Numbered from the stretch's first letter, positions 37,989 through 47,939 are shown. The stretch: DNA of 64,000 nucleotides from Candidatus Dojkabacteria bacterium (GCA_030834985.1 JAUQWV010000001.1:120979-184978), one strand, 5' to 3'. Program-made: numbers and translations. The notes: generated by a model not told the origin, from the letters alone.

Positions 37989-39284
37989 ATGGGAACATTA
38001 AAAAAGCTTTATATCTTTTTATTTGTGATTATTCTTGGGGTATTGGTTTTACCTCAGTTTAATTTGCAGATCGGTGATACTCAAATCCAATACCCCAATA
38101 TAGACTTTTCATTTGTGAGCCCAGACTCAACCTTAGGCAATTTTAGGAAAAGTTATGGTTTATACGACTCCAAGTTGTATACAGCTAGTGTAAGTATAGA
38201 TACAACTTTATCAGCACAGGAACAGGAAAATGAATTCAATCACTTAATTGATGTTATCCAAACAAGAATCGAGCATGCTAACTTATATGATGTTAAAGTT
38301 TATGGTCAAAAGCAGGATTCTCAATATTTTATTAAGTTAGAATTTCCTGATTACTATCAAGAAAGTGAAAAGCTAGCTACTCATCTAGTTAGTAAAGGGC
38401 AAATCTCTTTTATGAATGATCCTCAGATAACTGAGAATGCAATTATTGATTTATCAGACTCAGATATTGTTGGCCCTATTAAGGCTGTTTTTAACGATAC
38501 ATATGGAAGCTCTTTAGAATTTAAATTTGACGATTCAAAGCTTTTACAATTCTACTCTGCTCTTCAAAATGAAAGAGGCTACTTTTTAATGAATGTAGAT
38601 GCTTCATTTTTTGCTGTAATTCAAAATCCAAATTATGTTTATAACACTAATCTGCAAACATCTGTCTTTGCTGTGCCGTTTGCAGATATTAAAAGTAGTG
38701 TAAATGTTGCTATATATAACAATATTGTGGCAAGCTACTTCTTAACTGAACCATTAGATACACAGATTTTATTAACCGAAACTACTCCATTAATTGTTAA
38801 AAGAGACTTTGTACAAGATAAATTAAGCTATATCGGTTTATTTATGCTTGGTTCAGTTATTTTGATTATTGGAGCATACCTAATTAAAAAAGGTATGAAT
38901 AAGGGTTTTAAGTTTGGACTGATGTTAACTAGCTATATTGTATTGGTAGTATTCTTCTTAAAGATTCAATCCGCTGTGTTATCAGTATCTACGTTACTTG
39001 GTTTTGTTTTAGGTCTGATAGTAGCAATATATATAATTTATAGATTGTTAGAAGCAGATGATTCTGATTATAAAAAAGAGTTATCTAACTATACTAACTT
39101 AAGCATAGTATTGGGTCTGTGTTTATTTACAATTTTTAGATTAAATCAAAATATCGAAATATTGCTAGATGCTGTAGGTGTGATAATAGCAAGCATAGCT
39201 TCTATATTTATTCTAACTCTACTAAACTTTAGATACATTTTATCAATGGACTTTAATATTAATTTAAAGTTAAGAAGAAAGTAA
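37989..39284 (+). CDS. hypothetical membrane protein (1 N-terminal TM, ~260 aa periplasmic domain, 4-5 C-terminal TMs)
   Basis: Hydropathy pattern only. Confidence 0.5.
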   Translation: MGTLKKLYIFLFVIILGVLVLPQFNLQIGDTQIQYPNIDFSFVSPDSTLGNFRKSYGLYDSKLYTASVSIDTTLSAQEQENEFNHLIDVIQTRIEHANLYDVKVYGQKQDSQYFIKLEFPDYYQESEKLATHLVSKGQISFMNDPQITENAIIDLSDSDIVGPIKAVFNDTYGSSLEFKFDDSKLLQFYSALQNERGYFLMNVDASFFAVIQNPNYVYNTNLQTSVFAVPFADIKSSVNVAIYNNIVASYFLTEPLDTQILLTETTPLIVKRDFVQDKLSYIGLFMLGSVILIIGAYLIKKGMNKGFKFGLMLTSYIVLVVFFLKIQSAVLSVSTLLGFVLGLIVAIYIIYRLLEADDSDYKKELSNYTNLSIVLGLCLFTIFRLNQNIEILLDAVGVIIASIASIFILTLLNFRYILSMDFNINLKLRRK

Positions 39285-39286
39285 TT

Positions 39287-40216
39287 ATGAGAAAAATACA
39301 AAGATTTTTACCGGCTTTATTTATTTTGTTGGTAGTTATTGGAGCAATGCTGATTTATCAGAATGATTTAGTCAAATATTCTGATTTTGAATCTTCTATT
39401 AAAGTTGAATTGACTGGGATTGCTGATTATGAACAAATTTATGCTTCATTAAGTGAAAATCCAAATCTAATTGAAATAGATAGAGTAAATAATGTTGTGT
39501 ACTATCAAAAAGTTGGGCAAAGTGAAATACAAACAGAGGTATCATCCAAGCTTGAGGAATTTTCGGGTGTAACTGCTGTCTACTCTCAGACTTACTTTTC
39601 TATAAGCAAATTAGAAGCATTTAGCAAAACCTGGCTCTCTTTTGTTTTGATAGCTCTTGTATTTTTAGGCTCAACTTATGTACTTAAAACGAGATTTTAT
39701 AGATGGAGTTTGAAAACCTATTTAGTTATATATAGTGTGCTTACAATAATCTTTGCAGGAACTGCTGTGCTTTTGACAGGGTTAATTTCAGCAGTATCAC
39801 TAATTTATAAGGTTGGCTATTTAGAATTATTTTCATTTTACTTTACTGTATTTATATTGGCTTTACTGGTATGGCAAAACCTTTCAGATAAGACGTTAGA
39901 AGAGTTAAAATCAGATGTTTTATTGAAATTAAATAATCAAGTTTTTAAACTATTGCAAATTACCCTTCCAATAGTTGTTTTGCTTGCTTTTGGTCTGGGT
40001 CCAAAGATTGTTATTCCTGTAGTAATAATAATTGTATCGTTAGTTCTTATCTACTTAGCTTATTATGCAATTTTTACTACTTTACAGTTTCTTAATTTGA
40101 AACCTAATATAAGTTTGCCTAAAGTATCCTTGCCATCAAGAAAACCTAAACTAGTAAAGCCTGCTAAGACTAAAAAGGCTAAAAAAAGTAATAAATCCAA
40201 AAACAGGAAGAAATAA
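39287..40216 (+). CDS. hypothetical membrane protein with lysine-rich C-terminal tail
   Basis: Multiple TMs; C-terminus is SLPSRKPKLVKPAKTKKAKKSNKSKNRKK. Confidence 0.5.
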   Translation: MRKIQRFLPALFILLVVIGAMLIYQNDLVKYSDFESSIKVELTGIADYEQIYASLSENPNLIEIDRVNNVVYYQKVGQSEIQTEVSSKLEEFSGVTAVYSQTYFSISKLEAFSKTWLSFVLIALVFLGSTYVLKTRFYRWSLKTYLVIYSVLTIIFAGTAVLLTGLISAVSLIYKVGYLELFSFYFTVFILALLVWQNLSDKTLEELKSDVLLKLNNQVFKLLQITLPIVVLLAFGLGPKIVIPVVIIIVSLVLIYLAYYAIFTTLQFLNLKPNISLPKVSLPSRKPKLVKPAKTKKAKKSNKSKNRKK

Positions 40217-40256
40217 TCGCTCCGTGTTAAAATTTCAGAGTTATTAATACTATTGT

Positions 40257-41339
40257 ATGAACTTATCTTTAGGGATTGTAGGCCTTCCCAATGTTGGAAA
40301 ATCAACATTATTTAACGCTTTAACAAAGCAGAATGTTTTAGCTGCTAACTACCCTTTCGCTACTATTGATCCAAATGTAGGAATTGTTCCTGTTCATGAT
40401 GAGCGGCTGTATAAGATTGTGGAGCTCTCAAGGCCGGCAAAAGTAACGCCAGCTGTTGTTGAGTTTGTTGATATTGCCGGCCTTGTAAAAGGCGCTGCAC
40501 AAGGAGAAGGACTAGGAAATAAGTTTTTGAGTAACATTAAGGAAGTTTCTGCTATTGTGCACTTGGTGAGAGTGTTTAAAAATGCAAATATAACGCATGT
40601 TGAAAATAGTGTTGATGCAAAGCGTGATATTGAACTTATCAATACTGAGCTCATTTTAAAGGATACGGAAACAGTGGAAAATAGGATTAATGCTGTTAAA
40701 AGTAAGGCTAGATTCGACAAAGATTCATCAGAACAGCTTGAGTACTTAACAAATTTATTAAATCACTTAAATACTGGCAAGTTAGCTTCTGATTTTATAC
40801 AGACAGCATCAGAAAATACACTGTCAGAGCGTAAATCATTGTTCTTACTAACTGATAAGCCTGTAATCTATTTAGTAAATACTGATGATTTATCTGGAAG
40901 TGACACTACAGATACAATAAAAGAGATAGTAGGCGATAAAACGATAATTGCTATGGACGTAAAAACTGAAAGTGAGTTAGCTTCAATGTCCGATGAAGAG
41001 CGTGAGTTATTTATGCAGGAATTAGGTATAACAGAAACTGGCTTAGATAAACTTACAAGAGAAGCATATAAGCTTTTAGGTTTAATATCTTTCTTTACAG
41101 AAGGGCCATCGGAAGTCCGAGCTTGGACAATTAAGAAAGGATCTACGGCTCCTGAAGCAGCAGCGGCAATTCATACAGATTTTCAAAAAAGATTCATTGC
41201 CGCCGAGGTATGCCAATATAATGACTTTATAGAAGCTGGTAACTGGTTAAAAGCAAAAGAGAATGGAAAGGTTAGGTTGGAAGGCAAAGGTTATATGGTG
41301 CAGGATGGGGATATTATGATAATAAAACACAACGCTTAA
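40257..41339 (+). CDS. ychF: ribosome-binding ATPase YchF (Obg-family GTPase fold with C-terminal TGS domain)
   Basis: GIVGLPNVGKSTLFNALT (G1), DIAGLVKGA (G3), NxxxE motif region, C-terminal TGS (GKGYMVQDGDIMIIKHN). Confidence 0.9.
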   Translation: MNLSLGIVGLPNVGKSTLFNALTKQNVLAANYPFATIDPNVGIVPVHDERLYKIVELSRPAKVTPAVVEFVDIAGLVKGAAQGEGLGNKFLSNIKEVSAIVHLVRVFKNANITHVENSVDAKRDIELINTELILKDTETVENRINAVKSKARFDKDSSEQLEYLTNLLNHLNTGKLASDFIQTASENTLSERKSLFLLTDKPVIYLVNTDDLSGSDTTDTIKEIVGDKTIIAMDVKTESELASMSDEERELFMQELGITETGLDKLTREAYKLLGLISFFTEGPSEVRAWTIKKGSTAPEAAAAIHTDFQKRFIAAEVCQYNDFIEAGNWLKAKENGKVRLEGKGYMVQDGDIMIIKHNA

Positions 41340-41340
41340 G

Positions 41341-41405
41341 AAAGCGTGTATATGTTTTATCCGGTCCAAGCAAGTTGGAATTGTCTAAAACTATATACAC
41401 GCTTT
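41341..41405. repeat. 13 bp perfect inverted repeat (aaagcgtgtatat ... atatacacgcttt) with a 39 nt structured spacer, between convergent genes
   Basis: Read from the sequence; the spacer contains a nested small hairpin (ccaa gcaag ttgg). Confidence 0.35.
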
Positions 41406-41424
41406 AATAAATTATTATTATCTT

Positions 41425-42357
41425 CTACTTCTCTGTTGCGGTGATAAGGGCGGTAATGTCTATTTTTTTCATATCCAATAAAGCCTCCATTGCACGCTTA
41501 CCTTTTTCTTTATCTTCCTGATAAATAAGCTCATTTATTTGCTTAGGAACTATTTGCCAGCTTACTCCGTACTTATCTTTACACCATCCGCATGCTTCTG
41601 CTTCTGGTACAGCAGATAATTTTTCCCAGTAGTAATCTACTTCTGCTTGATCTTCACACTCCACAACAAAAGATACTCCTTCAGTAAAATTGAAGTCATG
41701 CTGACGTCCGCTATCCATTGCTGCAACCCAGGTATTTAGTATTTTAAAATCAGTGAACATTATATTTCCTTCTTTATCAGGTTCCATTCCTGCTGGATAT
41801 CGTGTTAATGTTCCGCGCGCGCTATCTTTAAAGACTGAGATATAAAAATTACTTGCTTCTTCGGCTTTGCCGTTGTTATCTCCAGCAAAAAGAAGTGAAG
41901 GTACAATTACAGGTCGCGCTTCTCCTTCCGGGTTTGTTAATATTAATTGCCAAGACACTCCATATTTATCTTGTATCCAGCCATACCACTTACTAAAAGG
42001 GTATTTACCAAGCGGCATTAATACCTTGCCTCCCTCAGATAATTTACCCCAAAGCTGATCTAGTTTACTACGAGAATCTCCTGCATTAACGTCATTTTTT
42101 GGATCAAAATTTACAATAAAAGAGATCGATGGATTGACTTTAAAAAAGGGCCCTCCATTAAGCGTTTGAAATCTTTGTCCTGCAATAGAAAAGTCAACAG
42201 TTATTATACTGCCAATTGGCTTATTAGATGGAGTTTCGGCGTTGTAGTAGTTTATTTCTCCAAGCTCTGCGTTTTCAAAAATATTAACATAAAAACGCGC
42301 CGCTTCTTCAGCTTCGTTGTCCATCCATAACTCTACGATTAGACCGTTGCTATTCAT
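41425..42357 (-). CDS. tandem PhnB-like VOC (glyoxalase-fold) domain protein
   Basis: Two copies of the PhnB-family C-terminal motif (WIQDKYGVSWQL and CKDKYGVSWQI), each at the end of a ~150 aa domain. Confidence 0.6.
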   Translation of the reverse strand: MNSNGLIVELWMDNEAEEAARFYVNIFENAELGEINYYNAETPSNKPIGSIITVDFSIAGQRFQTLNGGPFFKVNPSISFIVNFDPKNDVNAGDSRSKLDQLWGKLSEGGKVLMPLGKYPFSKWYGWIQDKYGVSWQLILTNPEGEARPVIVPSLLFAGDNNGKAEEASNFYISVFKDSARGTLTRYPAGMEPDKEGNIMFTDFKILNTWVAAMDSGRQHDFNFTEGVSFVVECEDQAEVDYYWEKLSAVPEAEACGWCKDKYGVSWQIVPKQINELIYQEDKEKGKRAMEALLDMKKIDITALITATEK

Positions 42358-42629
42358 TTTTTAGTTTTTAACAAATAAAACAATACATCTTTGAAGGAAA
42401 ATATCCCCCAAACTGCATTAACAACCATAAATGGTACTGAATTAGTGCTAGCAGCATAAACAAATAAACATATACTGCTAATTGTGTTCATCAGATCATA
42501 GATAGGAGAACTATTTTTGAGTTTATTAACCTGGTTTAATAAAAATGCTGTAAGAACTACTGTTGATCCTACAACTCCTATGATTGTGTAAACGTCCATA
42601 TTTGTATAGTTGTAAAAAGCTAAGTACAA
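42354..42629 (-). CDS. small 3-TM membrane protein (91 aa)
   Basis: Hydropathy only; start overlaps the preceding gene by 4 bp. Confidence 0.4.
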   Translation of the reverse strand: MYLAFYNYTNMDVYTIIGVVGSTVVLTAFLLNQVNKLKNSSPIYDLMNTISSICLFVYAASTNSVPFMVVNAVWGIFSFKDVLFYLLKTKK

Positions 42630-42655
42630 TATAGTATATAAAATTTATTAGGAAA

Positions 42656-43480
42656 TTGGCAATGGACTCTATTACAGTTAATTCGGTTAGAATTACTAAA
42701 CCTAACAAACTTTTATACTTAAATCCCGCTATTTCAAAGTTAGAAGTGATTGAATACTACGAAACTGTTTCAAAGCATTTTATTAATGAGTTAAGTGGCA
42801 GGCCGATTAGCATGGTTAGAGCACCAGAGGGTGCTAAAGGTCATAACTTTTATCAAAAGCATCCTACAGAATCTTTTCCTGAATATATTGAGCGTGTTGT
42901 TATTAAAGAAAAGAGCAAGGACGGGGTTTATATTACAATTGATGGGCTTAACGACATTACATACTTAGTTAATATTGGTGTTTTAGAATTTCATATATGG
43001 GGAAGCAAGATTGATGATATCGAACATCCCGATAGAATAGTTTTAGACTTAGATCCATCTGTTACAAATGAGAATGTGGTAGATGACTTAAGAGAGTTAA
43101 GTCTATCTGTAAAAGAATTATTTGAGTCGAATGGTTATAAGCCATTAATTAAAACTTCTGGCTCAAAAGGTTTTCATATTTATGCTGATGTTAAAGAGTT
43201 TGATTACTCATGGGATGAACTTAAAGTTGTTGCTAAAACTATTGCCGAAAAAATGGTTAAGCAAAATCCTAAAAAGTATACTATTGAATTTAATAAAAAA
43301 GATCGAGGAACAAAAATATTTATTGATTATTTAAGAAATCAAAGGGGCGCGACCATGGTCGCGCCCTATTCTCTACGTAGTAAAGAAGGCGCCTGTATAT
43401 CATTTCCTTTTGCGTGGGATAAGCTAAAAAATATAACTCCTACATTTTTCACAATAAAAAACTATCAGAGATACTTATAA
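42656..43480 (+). CDS. stand-alone NHEJ polymerase/primase domain protein (LigD Pol domain, AEP superfamily)
   Basis: LDLDPS (catalytic Asp pair region), KTSGSKGFHIYADV, and IDYLRNQRGATMVAPYSLRSKEGACISFPF, which by recollection match the LigD Pol-domain motifs KTSGGKGLHV and VDxLRNxRGxTxVAPYSVR. Confidence 0.7.
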   Translation: MAMDSITVNSVRITKPNKLLYLNPAISKLEVIEYYETVSKHFINELSGRPISMVRAPEGAKGHNFYQKHPTESFPEYIERVVIKEKSKDGVYITIDGLNDITYLVNIGVLEFHIWGSKIDDIEHPDRIVLDLDPSVTNENVVDDLRELSLSVKELFESNGYKPLIKTSGSKGFHIYADVKEFDYSWDELKVVAKTIAEKMVKQNPKKYTIEFNKKDRGTKIFIDYLRNQRGATMVAPYSLRSKEGACISFPFAWDKLKNITPTFFTIKNYQRYL

Positions 43481-43524
43481 TGTCTGAAACGTTATTATAA
43501 AATACTTAGTATTAGGTTTTTTAT

Positions 43525-44565
43525 ATGGGCGACATATCAATTTTAAGAATAAGAATTAACTACTCTGATTTAGAGGTTTTTACCTTAGTGTTTTTACAAG
43601 TTCACGTTATATATCCGCTTATTTTAATTGCTGTATTATTCTTGCTTAAGAATTTTATTTTCTGGTTTTTATCTTTCTTTAATAGAAATTCTATTTTTTC
43701 ATATTTAAGAATTCTGATAAATAAAATCAGACGGGCAAGGTATTGGGGAATTATTTATGACAGTAAACGATTATCACCTGTAAGGTTTGCTAGAGTTAAG
43801 TTAATAAAATTTGAAAAGCAAGGTGAAAAAGTAGTTAAAAAAATAGTTGGAACAACGATTTCTGATTATTTAGGAAGGTACTATTTTAACTATAAAGGTG
43901 AGTATAAAAATCTCTTTTTAGAGGTAAATTCATTTGGATACAAGAGATTTTATAAAGAAATAGACACTTTAAAGCATATCGAACTTAATAATGAAATTAT
44001 ATTTGATGCTGCATTAGTTAAATCAAAACAAGGTTTTAACCTTTCTAAATTCGCATACTTTGTTAACTTTATATTTGTAGTTTTAACGTTATTTTTAGCT
44101 GGTCTTGGCCTGATAGTGAGTATTTACTATCAGCTGTCTTCAATTAGAGCTGAAGCCTTTATATTCACTGCTATTTATGTATTTATATTATATATCAATA
44201 TTACAAATCTACTTAAGAGGTTCACACTTAAAAAGCTCGAGGTACTAGAATCTTTATTAATGCATAAAATCCCTGGTGCAGTAGTTAGACTGTACGATAA
44301 AAAAAATAATCTACACTTTGCAGTAACAAATAAAGACGGTTATGTTTTGCTTGATTGGGAACCTGGTGCCCATCAGATTATTGTTACAAAGCGTGGATAT
44401 CAAATATTGGATGATAATACAGGTACTGAAGATAAAAAAACATGGCTTACTCATACAAAACATGTTAGACTAAAACGTAAGTTTAAAAATCATACTGTAT
44501 CTACTACAGATAAAGATATAAAGATTAAGCCCGTTTCTTCTTTAAATAACCCTTTTACTGCTTAA
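43525..44565 (+). CDS. membrane protein with two carboxypeptidase-regulatory-like (CarboxypepD_reg) beta-sandwich domains
   Basis: ARVKLIKFEKQGEKVVKKIVGTTISDYLGRYYFNYKG and AVVRLYDKKNNLHFAVTNKDGYVLLDWEPGAHQIIVTKRGYQ match the V.L.D..G..(L/V)..TD..G.Y pattern; 3-4 TM helices. Confidence 0.45.
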   Translation: MGDISILRIRINYSDLEVFTLVFLQVHVIYPLILIAVLFLLKNFIFWFLSFFNRNSIFSYLRILINKIRRARYWGIIYDSKRLSPVRFARVKLIKFEKQGEKVVKKIVGTTISDYLGRYYFNYKGEYKNLFLEVNSFGYKRFYKEIDTLKHIELNNEIIFDAALVKSKQGFNLSKFAYFVNFIFVVLTLFLAGLGLIVSIYYQLSSIRAEAFIFTAIYVFILYINITNLLKRFTLKKLEVLESLLMHKIPGAVVRLYDKKNNLHFAVTNKDGYVLLDWEPGAHQIIVTKRGYQILDDNTGTEDKKTWLTHTKHVRLKRKFKNHTVSTTDKDIKIKPVSSLNNPFTA

Positions 44566-44595
44566 TTACCCTTAATTAGGTATACGTGTTATATA

Positions 44596-45843
44596 ATGTT
44601 TATTATGTTTGAACCTATACCTTCAAAATATAGACCAGAAACTTTAGATGAATTTATTGGTCAAAAGCATTTAGCAGCTAACGGAATGCCTATTAGAAAC
44701 TTTATTGAAAGTGGTAATATCCCTTCAATGATCTTTTGGGGGCCTCCTGGAACAGGTAAAACTACTTTAGCTAATATCATTTCTAAAAGTGTAAATGCAA
44801 ATTTTCATAAACTTTCGGCAGTGATGAGTGGAAAATCTACTTTAATGGAGATTATTGGAGAAGCTGTGGCTGAAACTAAGGATAATAAACTGTTCGAGCC
44901 TAAAAAAACTGTATTATTTTTAGATGAAATTCACAGGTGGAACAAATCTCAGCAAGATGCTCTACTGCCTTATGTAGAAAAAGGAACAATTATTTTGATT
45001 GGTGCTACAACAGAAAATCCATCTTTCTCATTAAATCCTGCCTTATTATCGCGAACGAGGGTTTTCACTTTTACAAAACATACAGCGGAAGATGTTAAGC
45101 AATATTTAGAATATTTATTGAAACGAGTTAAAAGTGAAAACCCTTCATTAGACTACGAAAAAGACGTTATTGATTTAATTGCTAAAGCTTCTGATGGCGA
45201 TTTACGAACTGCTGGCAATATTGTAGAAACTGCAATTTACTTAAGTGATGGTAAGAAAATCACTAAAGACACCCTTAAAAATGCTTTAGAAAATTTTTTA
45301 CAATACGAAAAAACAGGTGAAGATCACTTTAACATTATATCAGCGGTTCATAAATCGCTTAGAGACTCAGATGCTACTGCAGGAGTTTATTGGATTGTTA
45401 GAATGCTTCAGGCAGGAGATGATCCGTTATACATTGCGCGAAGGTTATTAAGATTTGCATCTGAGGATATTGGAAATGCTGATACAAACGCAGTAGTGTT
45501 AGCAAATACAGTATTTGAATCGTGCCAAAAACTTGGACGTCCTGAATGCGATATCTTTTTAGTACAACTTGCTGAATATTTAGCTAACGCGCCTAAAAAT
45601 AATTCAGCTTATGTGGCATTAGGCTTAGCTCAAAAAGATATCGCTGATTTCGGCTCATTGCCTGTACCTCTTCATATTAGAAATGCAGTAACTAATTTAA
45701 TGAAAGACTTAGGCTATGGAAAAGATTATAAATATGCGCATAATTATAAAAATGCTAAAGTCAATCAAGACCATCTGCCAAAAGAATTAAAAGGAAGAAA
45801 TTATTTTGCTGCTAAAGATAGACCTGAAGATAAAGACATTTGA
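44596..45843 (+). CDS. rarA: replication-associated recombination protein A (AAA+ ATPase RarA/MgsA)
   Basis: FIGQKHL, Walker A WGPPGTGKTTLA, Walker B LFLDEIHRWNKSQQDALLP, the ATTENP motif, and a C-terminal MgsA domain. Confidence 0.85.
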   Translation: MFIMFEPIPSKYRPETLDEFIGQKHLAANGMPIRNFIESGNIPSMIFWGPPGTGKTTLANIISKSVNANFHKLSAVMSGKSTLMEIIGEAVAETKDNKLFEPKKTVLFLDEIHRWNKSQQDALLPYVEKGTIILIGATTENPSFSLNPALLSRTRVFTFTKHTAEDVKQYLEYLLKRVKSENPSLDYEKDVIDLIAKASDGDLRTAGNIVETAIYLSDGKKITKDTLKNALENFLQYEKTGEDHFNIISAVHKSLRDSDATAGVYWIVRMLQAGDDPLYIARRLLRFASEDIGNADTNAVVLANTVFESCQKLGRPECDIFLVQLAEYLANAPKNNSAYVALGLAQKDIADFGSLPVPLHIRNAVTNLMKDLGYGKDYKYAHNYKNAKVNQDHLPKELKGRNYFAAKDRPEDKDI

Positions 45844-46193
45844 AACTTTAAGCTTTCGATTTCTTTGTTAACTTCTTCAGTATAGTTACCGCCTGTCTCA
45901 CTTAGGAGTTTATCAATATATTCGTTAAAATGTTTTTTAAAAACTTCTGAAACTGTCTGCTCTGCTACTTTTGTTCTGAAAGTACTTTGAAAAAGTCCTG
46001 GAGTTGTTACACTTTTTTTAAGTTCTTCAATAACTGCAGGGTCGACTCGTTTAATAACAGTTGTGAAAGTACTTACTGAAACTATCTTTAAAGCATCTTC
46101 AATAAATTGTTCACCTTCTTTAATTAGCTCTGCTAATTTAGTTATTTTCTGTCTAGCCTCTTCTGCAAATGGATATTGTCCTATATTTACCAT
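45801..46193 (-). CDS. hypothetical protein (130 aa)
   Basis: Intact ORF; its 3' end overlaps the rarA 3' end by ~40 bp (convergent). Confidence 0.4.
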   Translation of the reverse strand: MVNIGQYPFAEEARQKITKLAELIKEGEQFIEDALKIVSVSTFTTVIKRVDPAVIEELKKSVTTPGLFQSTFRTKVAEQTVSEVFKKHFNEYIDKLLSETGGNYTEEVNKEIESLKFQMSLSSGLSLAAK

Positions 46194-46195
46194 AA

Positions 46196-46366
46196 TTAAA
46201 AGAATATTCTGAATAGTTCACCTATACCAGTGATTGGGTTTAACAGTGCTTCACCAAATAGTTTTCCTGTTTCAACAGCTGCATCACCCAGCGTTGCACC
46301 AAGAAGTTCTTTGTTTAATTCTTCTGAACTTTTAGTTCCTCTTTCTAGTGTTTTTTCACCTTCCAT
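46196..46366 (-). CDS. unlisted small ORF (56 aa, MEGEKTLERGTKSSEELNKELLGATLGDAAVETGKLFGEALLNPITGIGELFRIFF)
   Basis: Translated by hand. Its stop codon is 2 nt from the ATG of the downstream 45801..46193 gene (translational coupling geometry). Below the 60 aa cutoff of the ORF track. Confidence 0.3.
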   Translation of the reverse strand: MEGEKTLERGTKSSEELNKELLGATLGDAAVETGKLFGEALLNPITGIGELFRIFF

Positions 46367-46422
46367 ATGATATTGCTAATATTTTTTCAACATTTTAAAA
46401 TGAAAATAAACAAAATTCAAAT

Positions 46423-47190
46423 ATGGATAATATAAACTCAAAGCAAATTGTTTTAAATGGTCTTCTAATAAATTACTATCTCAATAATATTGAAGATTCC
46501 AAAAAAACTATAATATTTATTCATGGCTGGTTAAGTGAATCGCGAGTTTGGTTTCATTTAATGCACGCTTTAACTAAAGCTAGCTATAAGTGTTTTGCAA
46601 TAGATTTACCAGGTTTTGGGCAATCTCAAGTTCCCGAAAGTTCCGTAGATAATACCTTTTATGCAGATATTATTGACCAATTTGTAAAAAAGCTGAATTT
46701 AAGCAATGTTGTACTAGTTGGGCATTCAAATGGAGGTGCAGTGTGTGTTAAATATTTAAATAAAGATTCTGCAAACGTAGTACAGCTTATTCTGATAGAT
46801 TCAGCAGGCATTCGTGAGCAAACAACAACTAAGAGGATTAAAAGATTTATTGCAGAAATTGTAAGGCCAATATTTAAATTTAGCTTATTAAAGCCGCTTA
46901 GAAATAAAATATATAGAGTTATGGGGTCTGAGGACTATATAAATTCAGAATACTTGCATGATACTTACAAAAACGTGGTAAATGAAGATATCTCTGACTT
47001 ATTTATTAACGTAAAAGTACCAACACTTATTATTTGGGGGGAAAATGACGGTGCGACCCCTCTAAGGTACGCAGATTTTATACATAGCAGTATTGAGGGG
47101 TCGCAGCTAGTAGTTCTTGATACTGGCCACTTCCCTTTTCAAGAAAAGCCGAGCGAGGTAATTAATGAAATTATTACTTTTATAAAATGA
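46423..47190 (+). CDS. alpha/beta-fold hydrolase
   Basis: HGW oxyanion region IIFIHGWLSE, nucleophile elbow VGHSNGG, C-terminal DTGHFP catalytic-His region. Confidence 0.75.
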   Translation: MDNINSKQIVLNGLLINYYLNNIEDSKKTIIFIHGWLSESRVWFHLMHALTKASYKCFAIDLPGFGQSQVPESSVDNTFYADIIDQFVKKLNLSNVVLVGHSNGGAVCVKYLNKDSANVVQLILIDSAGIREQTTTKRIKRFIAEIVRPIFKFSLLKPLRNKIYRVMGSEDYINSEYLHDTYKNVVNEDISDLFINVKVPTLIIWGENDGATPLRYADFIHSSIEGSQLVVLDTGHFPFQEKPSEVINEIITFIK

Positions 47191-47939
47191 ATATATTCGA
47201 AGACAGCATTAATCTATTAAAAGGTTCAGCCTTTACAGAGATTACTGTTAACGATACTTTTATTTTTTTAGAAAGCCCTGCAATTTTTAGCGAATATATT
47301 GTTCCTTTGACTTGGTTAGATAAATTTGATACTCAAACAGCTCATGAGCTTTTTCTAAAAGAAAGTGAAGAAGAAAAAAATATTTCATACTACATAAGAC
47401 ATACTTTACAAAGTGAATATAGCGGTTATCTAAAGAGTTTAAAACTTTCGCATGATTATACTGATTCGTATATGGTAAATGAGCTCAAGACTTTAACTAA
47501 GTTTGATGATAAAGGAACTACTTTATTAGAAGTGACTGAAAATACTTTTGAAGAATACAAGGCTATTGCACTTGATATTTTCAATACATGGGTTAATGAA
47601 GAAGACTATGTAAATCATTTTCATAATTTAGCAATAAATCAACAATCGGAAACTAAAAACTTTAAAGACTTTTGTCTTACTCTTAATGATACTATTGTCA
47701 GTATTGCTTCTGTAGTGTGGGATACAGAAATGAATTTGGCATATATTCATAATGCAGGCACATTAATTGATTTTAGAAAAAATGGATATTTTACAATAAT
47801 TAACGGTTACTTAGCTAATTATCTTTTCAACTTAGGAATTACTAGAATTTATGCTATCGTTGAAAAAGATTCGGATTCACAGAATATTTATAGACGATTA
47901 AATTTTAAAGAACAAGATACTTATTATTCTTATAGTTAA
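47187..47939 (+). CDS. hypothetical protein, possible GNAT-fold acetyltransferase
   Basis: C-terminal LAYIHNAGTLIDFRKNGYFTIINGYLANYLFNLGITRIYAIVEKD looks GNAT-like. Overlaps the upstream stop by 4 bp. Confidence 0.35.
   Translation: MNIFEDSINLLKGSAFTEITVNDTFIFLESPAIFSEYIVPLTWLDKFDTQTAHELFLKESEEEKNISYYIRHTLQSEYSGYLKSLKLSHDYTDSYMVNELKTLTKFDDKGTTLLEVTENTFEEYKAIALDIFNTWVNEEDYVNHFHNLAINQQSETKNFKDFCLTLNDTIVSIASVVWDTEMNLAYIHNAGTLIDFRKNGYFTIINGYLANYLFNLGITRIYAIVEKDSDSQNIYRRLNFKEQDTYYSYS

Noticed and set aside
37989-40216. Possibility that the two consecutive membrane proteins are SecD/SecF
   Set aside because: The topology is reminiscent (N-terminal TM, periplasmic domain, C-terminal TM bundle), but I could not find the conserved SecD/SecF sequence motifs, so they are left as hypothetical membrane proteins.
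42354-42629. SemiSWEET / PQ-loop transporter assignment for the 91 aa 3-TM protein
   Set aside because: Size and helix count fit, but the diagnostic PQ motif is not present (NQVNKL at that position), so it is left as a generic small membrane protein.
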